Assembly: GCA_051362555.1 (NCBI GenBank)
Contig: CM120648.1
Coordinates: forward strand, 18,534,587-18,598,586
Length of the DNA stretch: 64,000 bases
Source: Lingula anatina
Taxonomy: Eukaryota > Animalia > Brachiopoda
Reading direction: 5' to 3'
In this document: positions 12,377 through 25,086 of the stretch, in pieces
Numbering within the stretch: position 1 is the first letter of the stretch
Layout: every line of letters starts with the position of its first letter
Position numbers and translations under genes: made by a program
Notes under the pieces: generated by a model
Seen by the model: only the letters and a program-made list of their open reading frames with translations
Told to the model about the DNA's origin: nothing
Databases searched by the model: none

Positions 12377-12507
12377 CTTTTTTAAGAGATTTTCTCTGCG
12401 CGCCGTCAAAACAAGGTTTGCTCCCATCTTGGCGAAATGGTACGCCACCTGTTCTCCAATTCCAGAGGACGCCCCGGTAATGAGCACTCTCTTGCCTCTC
12501 ACCATGG
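12377..12507 (-). CDS. HSD11B1L: HSD11B1-like SDR, exon 2
   Basis: AMVRGKRVLITGASSGIGEQVAYHFAKMGANLVLTARRENLLKK. Carries the TGxxxGxG Rossmann motif. cag|...|gtcagt. Confidence 0.93.
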
Positions 12508-12766
12508 CTGTGATAAAACCGATATGCTCATTATTATTTTGATTTCTGTTATAAATCTGGAAATTTAATAACGCACTGGTATTTTTTTTTAATTCACGTG
12601 TAATGGCAAAGTTTCATGTGGCCTTATTTTGGGCAGAAGACGTAGATTGTGGTTATGATTTTGAAGACAAGGAAAGAAATATATATATGGTACGAAATCC
12701 ATGCGTTAGCACTCCTTTTTTCGGCTTTATGTATGTGTTTTCTGGTTGTGTTTACTTTGTTTAGCG

Positions 12767-12807
<41 letters not shown>

Positions 12808-12998
12808 GTACACAAAATATGATCGACTTGCGTTTTTTCAGCATCACCAAACTAAGTTGGTCTAACTAAAGTCACTAATCGTTTACGCCCACACATATTA
12901 CAAATATGAGGCCCATTTCAACCGTGTAGAGTACAGTAGACTATATGAACATGTACATCAGACTTAGATAAGGACCTGCAAAGACCGTTCATGCTCAC

Positions 12999-13089
12999 CA
13001 GGATTGAAATCATCCACGTAGAGGGTGGCGATGTAGACGGCAGTCACAGTGAGGAGGACAGCAACCAGTGTTTTTGTCTTGGAACCCAT
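12999..13089 (-). CDS. HSD11B1L: 11-beta-hydroxysteroid dehydrogenase 1-like SDR, exon 1
   Basis: MGSKTKTLVAVLLTVTAVYIATLYVDDFNP then G|GTGAGC. Hydrophobic N-terminus and a DxFxP motif typical of HSD11B1/HSD11B1L. Confidence 0.85.
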
Positions 13090-13719
13090 GTTGAATTATT
13101 TCTCACGTCCAGTTCTCAAACAAAGAGCATACCAGTACACGATAGCCTCTGCATCCCTGAGTGACCTTTTAATGTATTCCCGGCCTACTCCCCGTTCTAT
13201 CAGTAGCATTGAGACCTATCATTATTAAACTGTGAACATAACATTATTTATCAGGTCAGGTTAGTACATAAGATAACAGGTACGTGTGAGGTACGCTGGC
13301 TGACAGGAGTCTAAAGTCGACAACACTAAGGGCTCGCACGGGGGGAGGGGGGGAGGAGGAAAATAAGACTGGGTCTGCTGTGTTAAATCCTATATAGGCA
13401 CATTCAACTGAAACACTTATCATACATATTATTTAGATATTTATATTTTTATTATGAATACTGCGGATATTAAGAGGACACGAGACATTCACTTACACTT
13501 AACATTTAAAAGGTTAAATAAATAAGACTGAAGTAGCCTATACATGTGGCTAGAAACAAACGGTGGTATGGAAGTGTTAGGTGATCATCATGTACGTGTT
13601 GTGTACACACACAGACACTTGTCTTGTGCGTTCTTGTTTATGTTTTCTGGTTCAGACAGGACAGGTGGTAATTAAGGGGATATGTATAGACAGTTCAAAA
13701 TGAAAGAACGATGTTATAC

Positions 13720-13936
13720 ACAGCAACCAGTGTTTTTATCTTGGAACTCATGTTGAATTATTTCTCACGTCTAGTTCTTAAACAAAGAGCATACCAGAAC
13801 GCGATAGCCTCGATCTGCATCCCTGAGTGACCTTTTAATGTATTCCCGGCCTACTCCCCGTTAGATACCAGTAGCATTGAGACCTATCATTATTAAACTA
13901 TGAACATAACATTACTGATCAGGTCAGGTTAGTACA
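13720..13936. repeat. Local duplicate of the HSD11B1L 5' end (13059-13268), including the ATG
   Basis: Near-identical CAGCAACCAGTGTTTT...CAGGTCAGGTTAGTACA. Separately, 13585-13720 is duplicated at about 14603-14745. Confidence 0.85.
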
Positions 13937-14156
13937 GATTCAGATTCAGAAGTTTATTGACAATCGCCCTACATCCGGACATGATCAAATACAAATACAA
14001 GAAGTAATCCACAGAGTGATTACCATAGCCTATACAGTTTGATATACATTATATAATGTCTAGACTAAAGCAGGGAAAGTACAAGTACTAGTCAATAAAG
14101 ATCAATATACATTGTAGGGATAACAAAAGAAAAAAAAAAAAGATACATAAGATAAG

Positions 14157-14438
14157 GCCACACTTTTTTATTTTTATGGATGACATCCTGCGTGCGCACC
14201 GATTTTTGTCTGTTCTCGCAACCCCCCCCCCCCCCCCCCCCCAGGAAGTCGGTTGTCGCAAACGTCGTTGTTGAATTTGCCGGAAAATGCAATCGGCAAT
14301 CCTCGGCTAATTCTGCAAGCTCTATACTGTCATTGTCGACTGCGGAGACATCCGAGTAGTTCCGAGTGCGGAAAATGAGCTTTCTGCGCATGCGTATTAT
14401 CACCACGTGGAGATATGGCCGCTTTGCCGTCAAATTCA
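14157..14438. mobile_element. Terminal fragment of the same TIR element family as 61171-62239
   Basis: Begins TAA|GGCCACACTTTTTT...ATGGATGACATCCT. Reverse complement matches about 61938-62239. Confidence 0.8.
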
Positions 14439-15904
14439 GGGAGTGGAAACGCGCTACTTATATGATTAAGACGAGCCTAGCCGTCAGTACCGGATATTGT
14501 TTTGTGACCTTGAGGAGCAATTAGGTTTGGTCGTTGCGGCACGCATGAACAGTAGTTGAACTACCACACCTGGGTCTTTTGTTTTTGACAACTGTTCACT
14601 CGTCATCATGTACGTGTTGTGTACACACACAGACACTTGTCTTGTGCGTTCTTGTTTATGTTTTCTGGTTCAGACTGGACAGCCGGTAATTAAGGGGATA
14701 CGAATATGAATAGACAGTTCAAAATGAGAGAACGATGTTATACACAGACTCCAAGCGTTTGATTATGAAGAACTATAAACCTTTTTCAAATTCATAATAG
14801 AAGTCGCATGATCTTATATACCATGAAATATAATGTTTATTTTTTACCGTCCCGAATCCAAAATCCTCTCAGAATCCAATCCATCATTGTGATTATATTG
14901 ATTAACTTTTCTCCGAATATGTTCTGGCTGCGCAAAAAAATAGATTTGAACACCTTTTGGGACATGAGTTAACGCAGTATTTCACAATCAATATTATTTT
15001 AATAAAGTAGATGCCGATAATTCCCATTACTCTAGCTCTGTTACTAATGAGAAATTCCATTCTGAATTTGATGAAAATAATGGTTAACAGTACCCCTCAT
15101 AAGATAGGAGTAATTTACATTCAAAAATAAGCTGTGTAATAGATTCTACCGCTTTCATACAAAAGTTACACAATTTACTGCATCATATACACGTCTTACT
15201 AACACCTGTACATATGATGGCCTTACTCAAAAATCACCACAACAAATCACCGCTTCTTATTCACTCGTGACTGTTACTTACTAATATTACACACACACAC
15301 ACACACACACACATACACAGTACACACAGAACACACACACAGTACACACAAACACACACACACAGTACACACACACACACTTTTATGTGTCCATCTGACA
15401 GCCGAAAAGCACTGTGTGTGTGTTTTGTGTGTGTGTGTGTGTGTGTGTGTAGCGACAACATAGGTCACTTACGCTGTTGTGAATACAGTGTACTACTAGG
15501 AAATAATGGTGATGACGAAGGGGGGGGGGCACTTATTCCAAGGATCAGCAAGTGATGACGATCTAGAGGATGAACATCAAGAAAAGCAGCAGCATCTTGT
15601 AACAAAAAAGTGCTCAATTTGTAAAATAAAACTATAAACACATGTCGGGGTTCTTGAAGAGGCTGTTTAATATGTTTTGGCATTATGTCACACTGTAAGT
15701 AAGTTAAACAAAGTTAGGGTATAGTTTCAAATTCAGTACTTTTCGGTCAATCATATTGGACACGTGTACTCAGTTCAGTTATGGACCAGGTGATGAATAG
15801 TTTGCTTCTTTCTCTCATTTGTAACAAAATTCAGGTGAAAACAAAGCTTCACAAATCATTGCGATATCATTTATTGTTACTAGTAACAAACACAGTCATT
15901 GGTT

Positions 15905-15975
15905 TCATGCGGGTGTCAATGTTGTACTTGTAGACCCGTGATTTGCTGGCTCAAGATCGTCATCATGATGAATTG
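15905..15975 (-). CDS. Small secreted peptide precursor, probable terminal exon
   Basis: ccttgtttttcag| then (A)IHHDDDLEPANHGSTSTTLTPA*. AATAAA 30 nt after the stop (15875-15870). Confidence 0.45.
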
Positions 15976-16416
15976 CTGAAAAACAAGGAAAATGTACAGT
16001 ATGAAATATTATGAATATATATATTATGATAGCCATCTTGCTGTTTAGAAAAACTATTTAAAAGGATAGCACCAGTATTGAGAACACCAGTGGGATTGGT
16101 TAAGTGCAGTATTTCCTGTCAGCAATCAAATCCTCCGAAAGTAGAAATGTTTCCTCAAATGCAAATTGAGGATGCAAAGATATTTTTTTGGTAGAAATAT
16201 GAATCTTTTGAAAAAATTCTCTCTCCATTCAATTCCAGATAAATCATTTATGCGTTCTACTAAAACAATAAATATTCATCATAATCCCTGTGTTGATCTT
16301 GTTTTTAGAATTCTTAAATTAGGCTCAAATGCATTTATAAAAATCAACTAAAATTACACATGTAAATATAAAACACCCACGCTTTCAGCAAAGCGCCTTC
16401 TTCAGGGACTGTTTAA

Positions 16417-17446
16417 CCCTCAGGAGACCAAGCTATTTTACTGACTGAAATGACCAAGTGGGGTCATCTATGACCCCATTGTGCTCTGTACAGGGATCCT
16501 TATTATAAAAGGCTGTTGAGGGTTTATCACACCTATACTACTCCCAGGATTTAAGACAAGTATTTTATAATGATCTAATGTAATAAATATTTGGTAATAA
16601 TACTTTTATTGCATGGAATAACCAAGCTCAGATTTTAAGAACAACATTACACCGGTATTTAGACAGTCCTTGTCAGTTTCCACTTGCAGAAATATTATCT
16701 TTTTATTTGCCACACTAAATGAAAAAAGTACATTACAAAATTACTTTGAGTAAAAATATTTTAACATATGTTGAGATAACATCCTGCTAACTTCAATAAC
16801 AATAATTAGATGACTTGCTAAGTAGGGAATACCCTAATGCTGGTAAGGAAGTCATACTACTCAGAACACATTCAATCAACCTACATGTATGTTACTACCA
16901 CATCTGTGTATAAAACAAAATTTACACAAACAATTTGTTAATATATGTATATGATATCAACAGAATTCTTTAGATTTCCGAAATACCCGAAAATTGTAAC
17001 CGTCAAAATGAGAGACCCAGTTATGAGAATAAGTTCTAAAAAAGCTACTGAAATTAGATTCAGCGTTGCACTATTAGTAACACTTCAAGCATAATCTTCA
17101 CAAACCACTTATTTGAGCCTATGTTTTGGGCACACTGGTTGGTTGCATGAAGCACATGCATGTGACATTTTCCTGTCAGTGTTGCGTGGGCAAAACATTT
17201 GAATAATATTTAAAAACTGATATTTAAAAACCAGTGCTTCTCTTTGGGGTCATAAATGACCCCACAAGAGTTTGTGATATATACGCCACACTAATTGGTT
17301 GATCCCTACAAAAAACTGTGAAAGTGTGTAGGATTAGTAGACTAACAAACTCATGCAAGGAAAGAAAATTCGAATAAAAAATAAAGAGATGGCACATTAA
17401 ATCATATGGCTGGGGTCGTAAATGACCCCACTCGGTCACTTGAGGG
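16417..17446. mobile_element. Non-autonomous piggyBac-like element
   Basis: TTAA|CCCTCAGGAGACCAAG ... CTCGGTCACTTGAGGG|TTAA, with subterminal GGGGTC...GACCCC palindromes. Confidence 0.8.
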
Positions 17447-17771
17447 TTAAGCATAATTTTAACATTAAAGCCACCTACATGTAGAGTCACAATCATCATC
17501 AAAATGGAAGGACCTCCTTAACTCTCGAGAATGCATAAATAAATATCCAAACAGCGCACCTGAAATTAAGAATACATGAGGCATGTTAGCTACATTATGA
17601 TAGGCTCCAACAAACGTGCTAGTGGCATTATGATAGGCTCTTACAAACATGTTAGCGACATTATGATAGGCTCTTACAAACATTATAATAGTCTTTTACG
17701 ATCACTGGGAGGGTCTACAGTCTATCGGATATTTAGCTGCTATCCCCGATATTCAAACAGATCCAAAAATA

Positions 17772-18510
17772 AAAACAAGGCAGCAAAGCTGTCCAATACA
17801 CAGACAGAAATCAGAAAATAATTCACAACATTTTAATTTTAACAATAAACTATATAATTTCCAGAAAAATTGACAGGTTTTTCAATTGTAGCTGTATTTT
17901 AGTTCTATGTTACCTTTCTGTAAGTTTGAGAAGAGTAAGTGACATGGTTTTCCTTTAATGGTCACTATGGGGGCAGTGCCCACTTAATTTTTGATACAAA
18001 ATTACATGATGCTTAACAGCATAATGGCCATCAATTTTAAATAATAAAATAAAAGTATCATGAATATTCAGAAAATGTGACATGGAAAGGTCTTCAAGGC
18101 CATGGAAGTTCAGAGTCACACCTTGAAAATGAAAAAAATGTAAACTGTGATGAAATGAGTTTATTTCCATTTTCAACATCTTTTTACATAAAACAAAATA
18201 ATAATTTTACTGTCATTTTTAAATGATCAAACAAGAAAATTGTTGACATAGGGAAAATATCAATATTAAATGTACATTGCTGCATTCTGAGATTCTGAAC
18301 ATGGTAAATGATCGAATCTGACAAACTGCTATGATATGAGTTTATTTCCGTTTTTGACACTTTATTACACAATATGCAAAAAACAGGTTTACCATTATTT
18401 TTATGTCATCAACTAACAATATTTTTAAGATGGAGAAAATGTCAAAGGAACACTTGTGCATATCTAATTAGTTAAAAAAATGAGACTATTAACATCCCTA
18501 AGACTTACAT
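17772..18510 (-). mobile_element. Inverted fragments of the Helentron-like family seen at 43463-55319
   Basis: AAACAAGGCAGCAAAGCTGTC is the reverse complement of the family 3' end. 17880-18510 matches 44520-45200-type sequence. Confidence 0.7.
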
Positions 18511-18649
18511 CTGAGACAGAAAAAAAAGCATAAATATATATAACTTTTGTAAAAATGGTTCGATTAAGCTGGTTGTTTTAAAACTCCACCTGTATTTTAG
18601 TAAGATTGTTCACTCCTGCACTCCTGTGAATTTCACGACAATAAGCCCA

Positions 18650-19850
18650 TTAAAAACCTTTGGCCTGTGGAATTTATTTGAGTCATACAAGCTACTAGTA
18701 GAAGTGGCTTATATGCATTACTGGGAATCCACGCTTCCCCAAATAAATAAATCACTTCATCAACCATAAAATAGCTTTAAACTACTCATTCCTTTAACTT
18801 TTCGGTCATAAATTTAACCTACTTGCCAGTATCTGACCTAATTATCTACACTTTTCATATACAACAGAGAAAGCTAGCAGCAAAATCTGTTCAAATATCA
18901 TTTTCGGTGAATATTAAGCGATGTCTTTTGGTAATTTTCTTAATTATACTATTTGAAACTATCTGCTGGCTGGCAAAAATTGACTTTGCATATGTATACA
19001 TCTTTAAAAGTCTTTGTCTTCCTAGAAATTGTGATGGTGCTTTGTAAGTTAATGTTTCTTGAAATCTTTCCTTAGATACTTTGCAATGTGGTTGAAGGGA
19101 TCTGTGACGGAACAAATTTATATAAACAGTACATTCTATGTATTATCCATATTCTTTTACTGAGTTTTAAGATGTTCATTTCTTCTGTCATTTTCCCTTT
19201 CTTGCCTGGGCACTAACAGTCTCCGATCTGCATATGCTAACTTTTAACACTTAATTAGACAATAAAGGTTTTGTGCATTATCTAAATAACAACATATGAG
19301 ACCTCTCTTGTTCAGTTCACTTGTCACTGAGTTCAGAAATACATAATTCAAAAATGATATATATCAGTAATATCTGGATGCAACAAGTCATGAAAGTTCT
19401 TGAATTCTTTGTAAGTAGAAAACCCTGCCAAAGACATACCAACTTCTGGTTTCTTTTCAATGACATCATTCTGAAAGTTTTTTTTTTCTTTTACCTTTTG
19501 GACATTTTCCTTCAGGTCTTTAATATGTTCTTTCCACAAACTGTTTTCCTCTACGTGTTTTATTGCCAGTTGCTCATCGGTCTGAAAATACTTAAGATCC
19601 TTTATGCCTCTGAAAATTTGGAAGTTGAATATCGTATAGTCTGTCCTCCATTTCGTAAATGCCATTTTTCACAGCTGTTAGCAGTTGTATGACCAGAATG
19701 AGGCATACAGTAGGAATGGTCTTTATGAACCCCCAAAGCCTCTTTTTGCATTTTAGATATTTCATTTTCATATGCAACAGTTGTCTTGTCAAGGTTCCCA
19801 CGATTAACTTATATTTCTGGTCTTAAATTTCCCGTTGGTCTTCTATTACT
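18650..19850 (-). pseudogene. Decayed ORF, possibly transposase-derived
   Basis: Broken frames including KDHSYC and GFSTYKEFKNFHDLLHP, reminiscent of N-terminal regions of THAP/Harbinger-like transposon proteins. Many stops. Confidence 0.3.
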
Positions 19851-19994
19851 AGTACAGATTTTCTTTCCGCATTCGTCATGATAGACGCAAACGGCGCCCT
19901 GTTCCTGCGCCAAACCTGATAAGCTTCCCCTTTTCCGGCACTACCAATTGTGTCTACCTGTATTTTCCATTCAAGTTTGGATCGGGACACACAT

Positions 19995-20468
19995 CATGTT
20001 AAACAACGCATGGTTCTTAGTAGTTCTATACATGTTTCCACATACCAAGGTCTGAACACATGCTGATATACACTGTAGATCCTGTGGTACATGTTAAACC
20101 AGACATGGTTCTTAGTAGTTCTACATATGTTTCCACATAACAAGGACTGAACACATGCTGATATACACTGTAGATCCTGTGGTACATGTTAAACCAGACA
20201 TGGTTCTTAGTAGTTCTACATATGTTTCCACATAACAAGGACTGAACACATGCTGATATACACTGTAGATCCTGTGGTACATGTTAAACCAGACATGGTT
20301 CTTAGTAGTTCTATACATGTTTCCACATAACAAGGACTGAACACATGCTGATATACACTGTAGATCCTGTGGTGCATGTTAAACCAGACATGGTTCTTAG
20401 TAGTTCTATACATGTTTCCACATAACAAGGACTGAACACATGCTGATATACACTGTAGATCCTGTGGC
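19995..20468. repeat. 95-bp tandem repeat, about 5 copies
   Basis: Unit CATGGTTCTTAGTAGTTCTA...GATCCTGTGGTACATGTTAAACCAGA. The ORF-track entries here are offset by 95. Confidence 0.93.
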
Positions 20469-20607
20469 ACAACAATCTGTATACATGCATTTATGCATAT
20501 TTTTATGTAACTGGGTGTTTATGTGAATCACTATCATTCAGTTCATGTACACTTTGGGTTAAAACACAAACTAATGCACACACGCACATACAAACACACA
20601 CACACAC

Positions 20608-20656
<49 letters not shown>

Positions 20657-20690
20657 AGGTGGGGGGTGAGAGAGAGAGCATTACAATCAC

Positions 20691-20714
20691 CTGTCCTCTT
20701 CTTCACTGGAGCAG
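20691..20714 (-). CDS. Small secreted peptide precursor, 24-nt microexon (AAPVKKRT)
   Basis: ttttttttccag|CTGCTCCAGTGAAGAAGAGGACAG|gtgatt, phase 1-1, in frame with the signal exon. Confidence 0.6.
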
Positions 20715-20817
20715 CTGGAAAAAAATGTGATAAACATTTTATAAAACAAAATAACTGTTGAATCGCTTCAAGAGATTCCAGTCAAAACTTTTTTCTCTCT
20801 CTCCCTCTCTCTCTCTC

Positions 20818-20854
<37 letters not shown>

Positions 20855-20861
20855 CACTTAC

Positions 20862-20922
20862 CGGAAGATATCATAGCCAGGGTCAGGAGACAGGAGAGAA
20901 TAATAACTGCAGTGGCTTTCAT
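20862..20922 (-). CDS. Small secreted peptide precursor, exon with signal peptide
   Basis: ATG at 20922, MKATAVIILSCLLTLAMISS then G|GTAAGT (perfect donor). Confidence 0.7.
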
Positions 20923-21472
20923 CTTTATCTGATATGATATGCATATGGAAACGTGGTACAAGATAAAATACACATCAACGTTTGCGTTACAGGCAACAGA
21001 TGCAAACGGATTAAAAAAAATGCTGGTGCACCTTAATGTCGTTTTCATGTCTCCATACTGGTATATATTTGTCGTTTGTTGGGAAGTTAGCTTCAGTATA
21101 GAAGGTCTTGAATTGTAAATGTTTCTGTGGTCCTCCAATATCTACTGCATGTTGGCATAGTTGTGACACTACATTTTCAGTTGACTTTCACGGTCCACAT
21201 TTCAGTCCGCTAAAAACTGGTTTTATTATTACAATGTGACTGTACCAATGTTGACACCACAGCCCCTTACACCATAAACCATTTGGCCAAGAAGCAATCA
21301 CTTTAAAAGGGAATATCAGTGAACAGTTCCACAGATTATCTATATTCCATAAACTCTATACTTATCTGGTGGCCTGCATGAAGAATAAATGTAATTTATA
21401 ACGACAACAAAGATTACTGACACTGAGATGAAAACCACTAAGTACCTGCATCAAAAATAATATCAATTTGAT

Positions 21473-21545
<73 letters not shown>

Positions 21546-21950
21546 TGTTTATGAAAACCTACATATTTTCAGTTGAACACATTTGCTATTATATATGTTC
21601 ATTACGCTATAAAATAATTGCAAACTGAATCTGATTTGCATCTCTTAAATAGAGATGTTTAAATTTAAGAGGGTTGATTTTTGTTTCAAAATAAATAGTT
21701 CCTGTTTTTATTACTCTAACATATCTCAATGTTAGAGTAATAAAAATGAAAAACTTTAGAGAAAAATTCTTCTAGGCCTGTTGTCCAATTCATCCCGTTG
21801 AATATTTCAGTCTATGTATAGATTATTTCTCATAAGGTCTGGTGAGTATATAACATTACAGGCACGTGTTGGAGACAAAGATTACAATACTGATGGCCAT
21901 GCAAGGGAGGGGACGCAAAATAACACACACAACAACACACAATAACACAC

Positions 21951-22847
21951 AACTCGAAAGCATCGCGAATTGCGACCGCACGCAAGTGTAGCGATCAATT
22001 GCTATTTGCGACGGCGATTGTACTCGCCTGCCAACTCAGAGCCTTGGCAAACGCAACGCGATTATAGCCTCGAACGCTACTGAAATTCTATTGTCACATA
22101 AAATGAAGACGTCATAACATAAGTACACACAATGTAATTTTATTTCAGAATGATGCTTATCAAGACATTGTTTTAATTCATAGGAATATCACAATTACAA
22201 ATATTGATGTTTGAAGTGTTTGACACCAATAAAATATCAAAAACAATTCAATAAGCAAAGGGCACGTGTTTGGACTGATTACAATTACTGATACATTGGT
22301 GAGTAGTGTTCAGTCTCACTTTAACAGACACTGAGGAAAGTCACGGTGTGATGGAATTATTTGTTTCTGCTTTTTCATTTTGTGTAGCAAATGACAATTT
22401 TAAACTTATGGTTATTATCAATAGACTTCTCAAATGAATATTCATCAGAAGATATAAAATGATATATGAAATATTTAATTTTGAAAGAATATGCAGAATA
22501 CAACATGAATTTGGCATTCTTCACGTGAATATTTACGCATTTTTTTTTTCAGAAGTACAGAGTGACTCATTCTTTTATAAGCTCTCATGTTTTGTAATAT
22601 GCTATTAAGACTGGCAACCCAAAATTGCCGCCATTATTAATTACACCAAAGACTCTATTAAAGGGAAATGTATGCATGCGCAAAGGCCATCATACCTAAT
22701 GGGATTTACTCGTCACAAATAATAGCCTGTAAACTGAAGGTGATGTCGCTATTAGCGCTCGGTCGTGATTTGCGATGCTTTCGAGTTAAGGGATAGCGAC
22801 AATCACCATACTTGTGCTCGGTCGCAATTTGCGATGCTTTCCAGTTA
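21951..22847. mobile_element. MITE-like element with TIRs of about 35 bp
   Basis: AACTCGAAAGCATCGCGAATTGCGACCG ... CGGTCGCAATTTGCGATGCTTTCCAGTT. An extra internal TIR copy near 22760-22787. Confidence 0.6.
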
Positions 22848-24745
22848 CTGACCCATGATCTACAAAATTTCTAACAATTATCATTTATCAATTGTAATAA
22901 ATACTACAAATATTAAGAGAGCATATGGTATTCACTTACAGAAGATAGAAACAATTGTTTCATTTGAAGAACTATAAACCTTGCTTAAATTCAAAACAGA
23001 AGTCTTATGATCATATACCACCAATTATTTTCCGTATATCATCCAAACGGATTACAATCTATCACTGGAATTAGATTTCTTAACATTTTTTTTCAAAAGA
23101 TACCATTTTTCAGATTACATTCTAACTCCGCACATATTAACCCTAGGTTCAAGATTTCAGTTTTGCCAACTCGATCTTGATTTCATATATAACCCATATC
23201 AGCAAACTGGCTCTAACCACTACCGTCAACCTGGAGGCGTGTCCGGCAAAATTTTGCCTGGGGCGCTTCCATATTTGGAAGGCACAAGTCTCGTACGCCA
23301 CAGTTGTATCCGCCTGGTGCTCCATATTTGGAAGTCATTAGTCTCGTACGTCACAGCTTTGACCGGCTTGAGCTGCCTTTCCCGCCTTGCGCTGACGTTA
23401 TATCGTGCAGACGAGAGAAGTAGCACAGTGGCTGGCACGGAGTTAGAAGTTTGAACTAAGAATATCTTGCACTGGAAGGTCAGTACCACAACACAAGCAA
23501 CATTCTTTAAAAACTAATTTTTGGTGTAGCCATTGTGCAGTCCTTATGGTGGTATCGGGCATACAATGTAGCTGTCAAACATGGCACAACACGACAAGCA
23601 CGTGTATTGTGTTTATATCTTCAGAAGCAAATGTTTTTTGATAAGCAAAAAATGCAAAAACATCCGTTGTATCTTTTTCTTTTAAAATGTATTTATTTTT
23701 CAATTTACATCTTACATACAGTAAATGAAATTAAATAAAGCAAAATCAAATCTGATTTACGTTTCATATTGGACTACAGTGCCGCCGGAATGTCCCCTTA
23801 CCAAATGGCCGTATGGTTTCCCAACCCTGCCCCATATGGTCGAACAATAGAGGCCGTATGATAATTACAGGGTAGGGGAATCCCCAAGAAATCCTTATCG
23901 GACACCCAAATTAGTCGGTTCAACGAACACGGTCTGCCCCTTCTTAATTGCCTCACTTAAAGTTTCTATTATAGCTGATGCAAAGAGATTGCTATCGACA
24001 CGAGCAAACAATACCGGGTTATGTATCAACTGCAACAGAAGACTCGAGTAAAGGCAAGTCAAATATTAGAACAAAACTCTGAAGAACAAATCAGGCTTAG
24101 TTTTAAAACACGTACCCTGTATAACAATTTTATTTGATGATAATAAGTCACGATCAACAAAAGCGTAGTTAAAATGGAAAATATTAAATAGCTAATACAT
24201 CAAATAAATATCAATGTCTCATTACCTTTATTACATGTGTTGCTAGTTTAGTAGCCTGATGCACGACCTTCTCTCTCAAGTACCGCTGGAATCATCTTCT
24301 TTAGGTGATTTATATATTTATTACTGTATAATACACTTTTCTGCGTTAATATGGTCATCTCCTCGTCTATAACGTTCATGTGGCGCAGGTCAACCTTTGA
24401 GGGATTGAAGAGCGTCATCGCAATGTTAACATTAATTTCAGACGACGCGTGTCACACAGTAGTGATTATGTAATAGTCAGGGCTTAATCACTGTGTTTAC
24501 CCAGCATGAATAAAGCTAACCTGAACTGATTGTTAATTAATGTGAGATGACACGTGCCAACCAGTGAAGTTAGCCCGAGAGATTGTAATCCAGTTTTTTT
24601 AAATTAATTTCTTTTGATGCGTTTAAGTATGAAGAAGGCTTTTGGTTAAGTTTGGGCTTTAGATCGTAAAGATGAACTATTCCTATCGTTTTGAATTACA
24701 TATCAAACAATGATAGAGAAACAGTTCCTACTTTGTGTCCTACAG

Positions 24746-25086
24746 AATCAAGGAATCAGTCTTTCGGCCGGCCACCCGTCGCCTTGTCAAATAAAGAAAT
24801 ATTCGAAATTCGACAACGGGCAAGTTCCCCAGGCAACTTTTGCGTTCAGTTGATGGGAAGGTTGTTTACGATTCATGAACGAATACGAAAGGACAGAAAT
24901 GTTACGGGTGTAGATGAGAGAGATCCTATATGCAAATATAGACTGAACTATATTAAAGATATGGCTAACAAAATGTTTATCACTGAAACAACTGACAAGT
25001 CTTTTTGGAAAAAAATGCATTTCGTCTATGAACAAAACTAATAGAAATATAAGGACATACTATAAAAATAAATTTCAATCTTGTTA
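24746..25086 (+). pseudogene. BEN-domain exon with a +1 frameshift in an A7 run
   Basis: tcctacag| then ...RASSPGNFCVQLMGRLFTIHERIRKDRNVTG...RLNYIKD...FWKK. Removing one A near 25010 gives WKKCISSMNKTNRNIR..., the expected C-terminal BEN helix. Confidence 0.7.

Noticed and set aside
14092-14433. 113-aa ORF with a 133-aa 'paralogue' at 61906-62307
   Set aside because: Both are non-coding termini of the same TIR transposon family and cross homopolymer runs.
15473-15595. Possible minus-strand 123-nt exon (DAAAFLDVHPLDRHH...) with a GTAAGT donor, and a plus-strand acidic/Cys relic over the same bases
   Set aside because: Lies past the predicted poly(A) signal, both strands give equally weak readings, and no family is recognisable.
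20026-20470. Three similar 70-84 aa ORFs
   Set aside because: Artefacts of the 95-bp tandem repeat, with no convincing splice sites.
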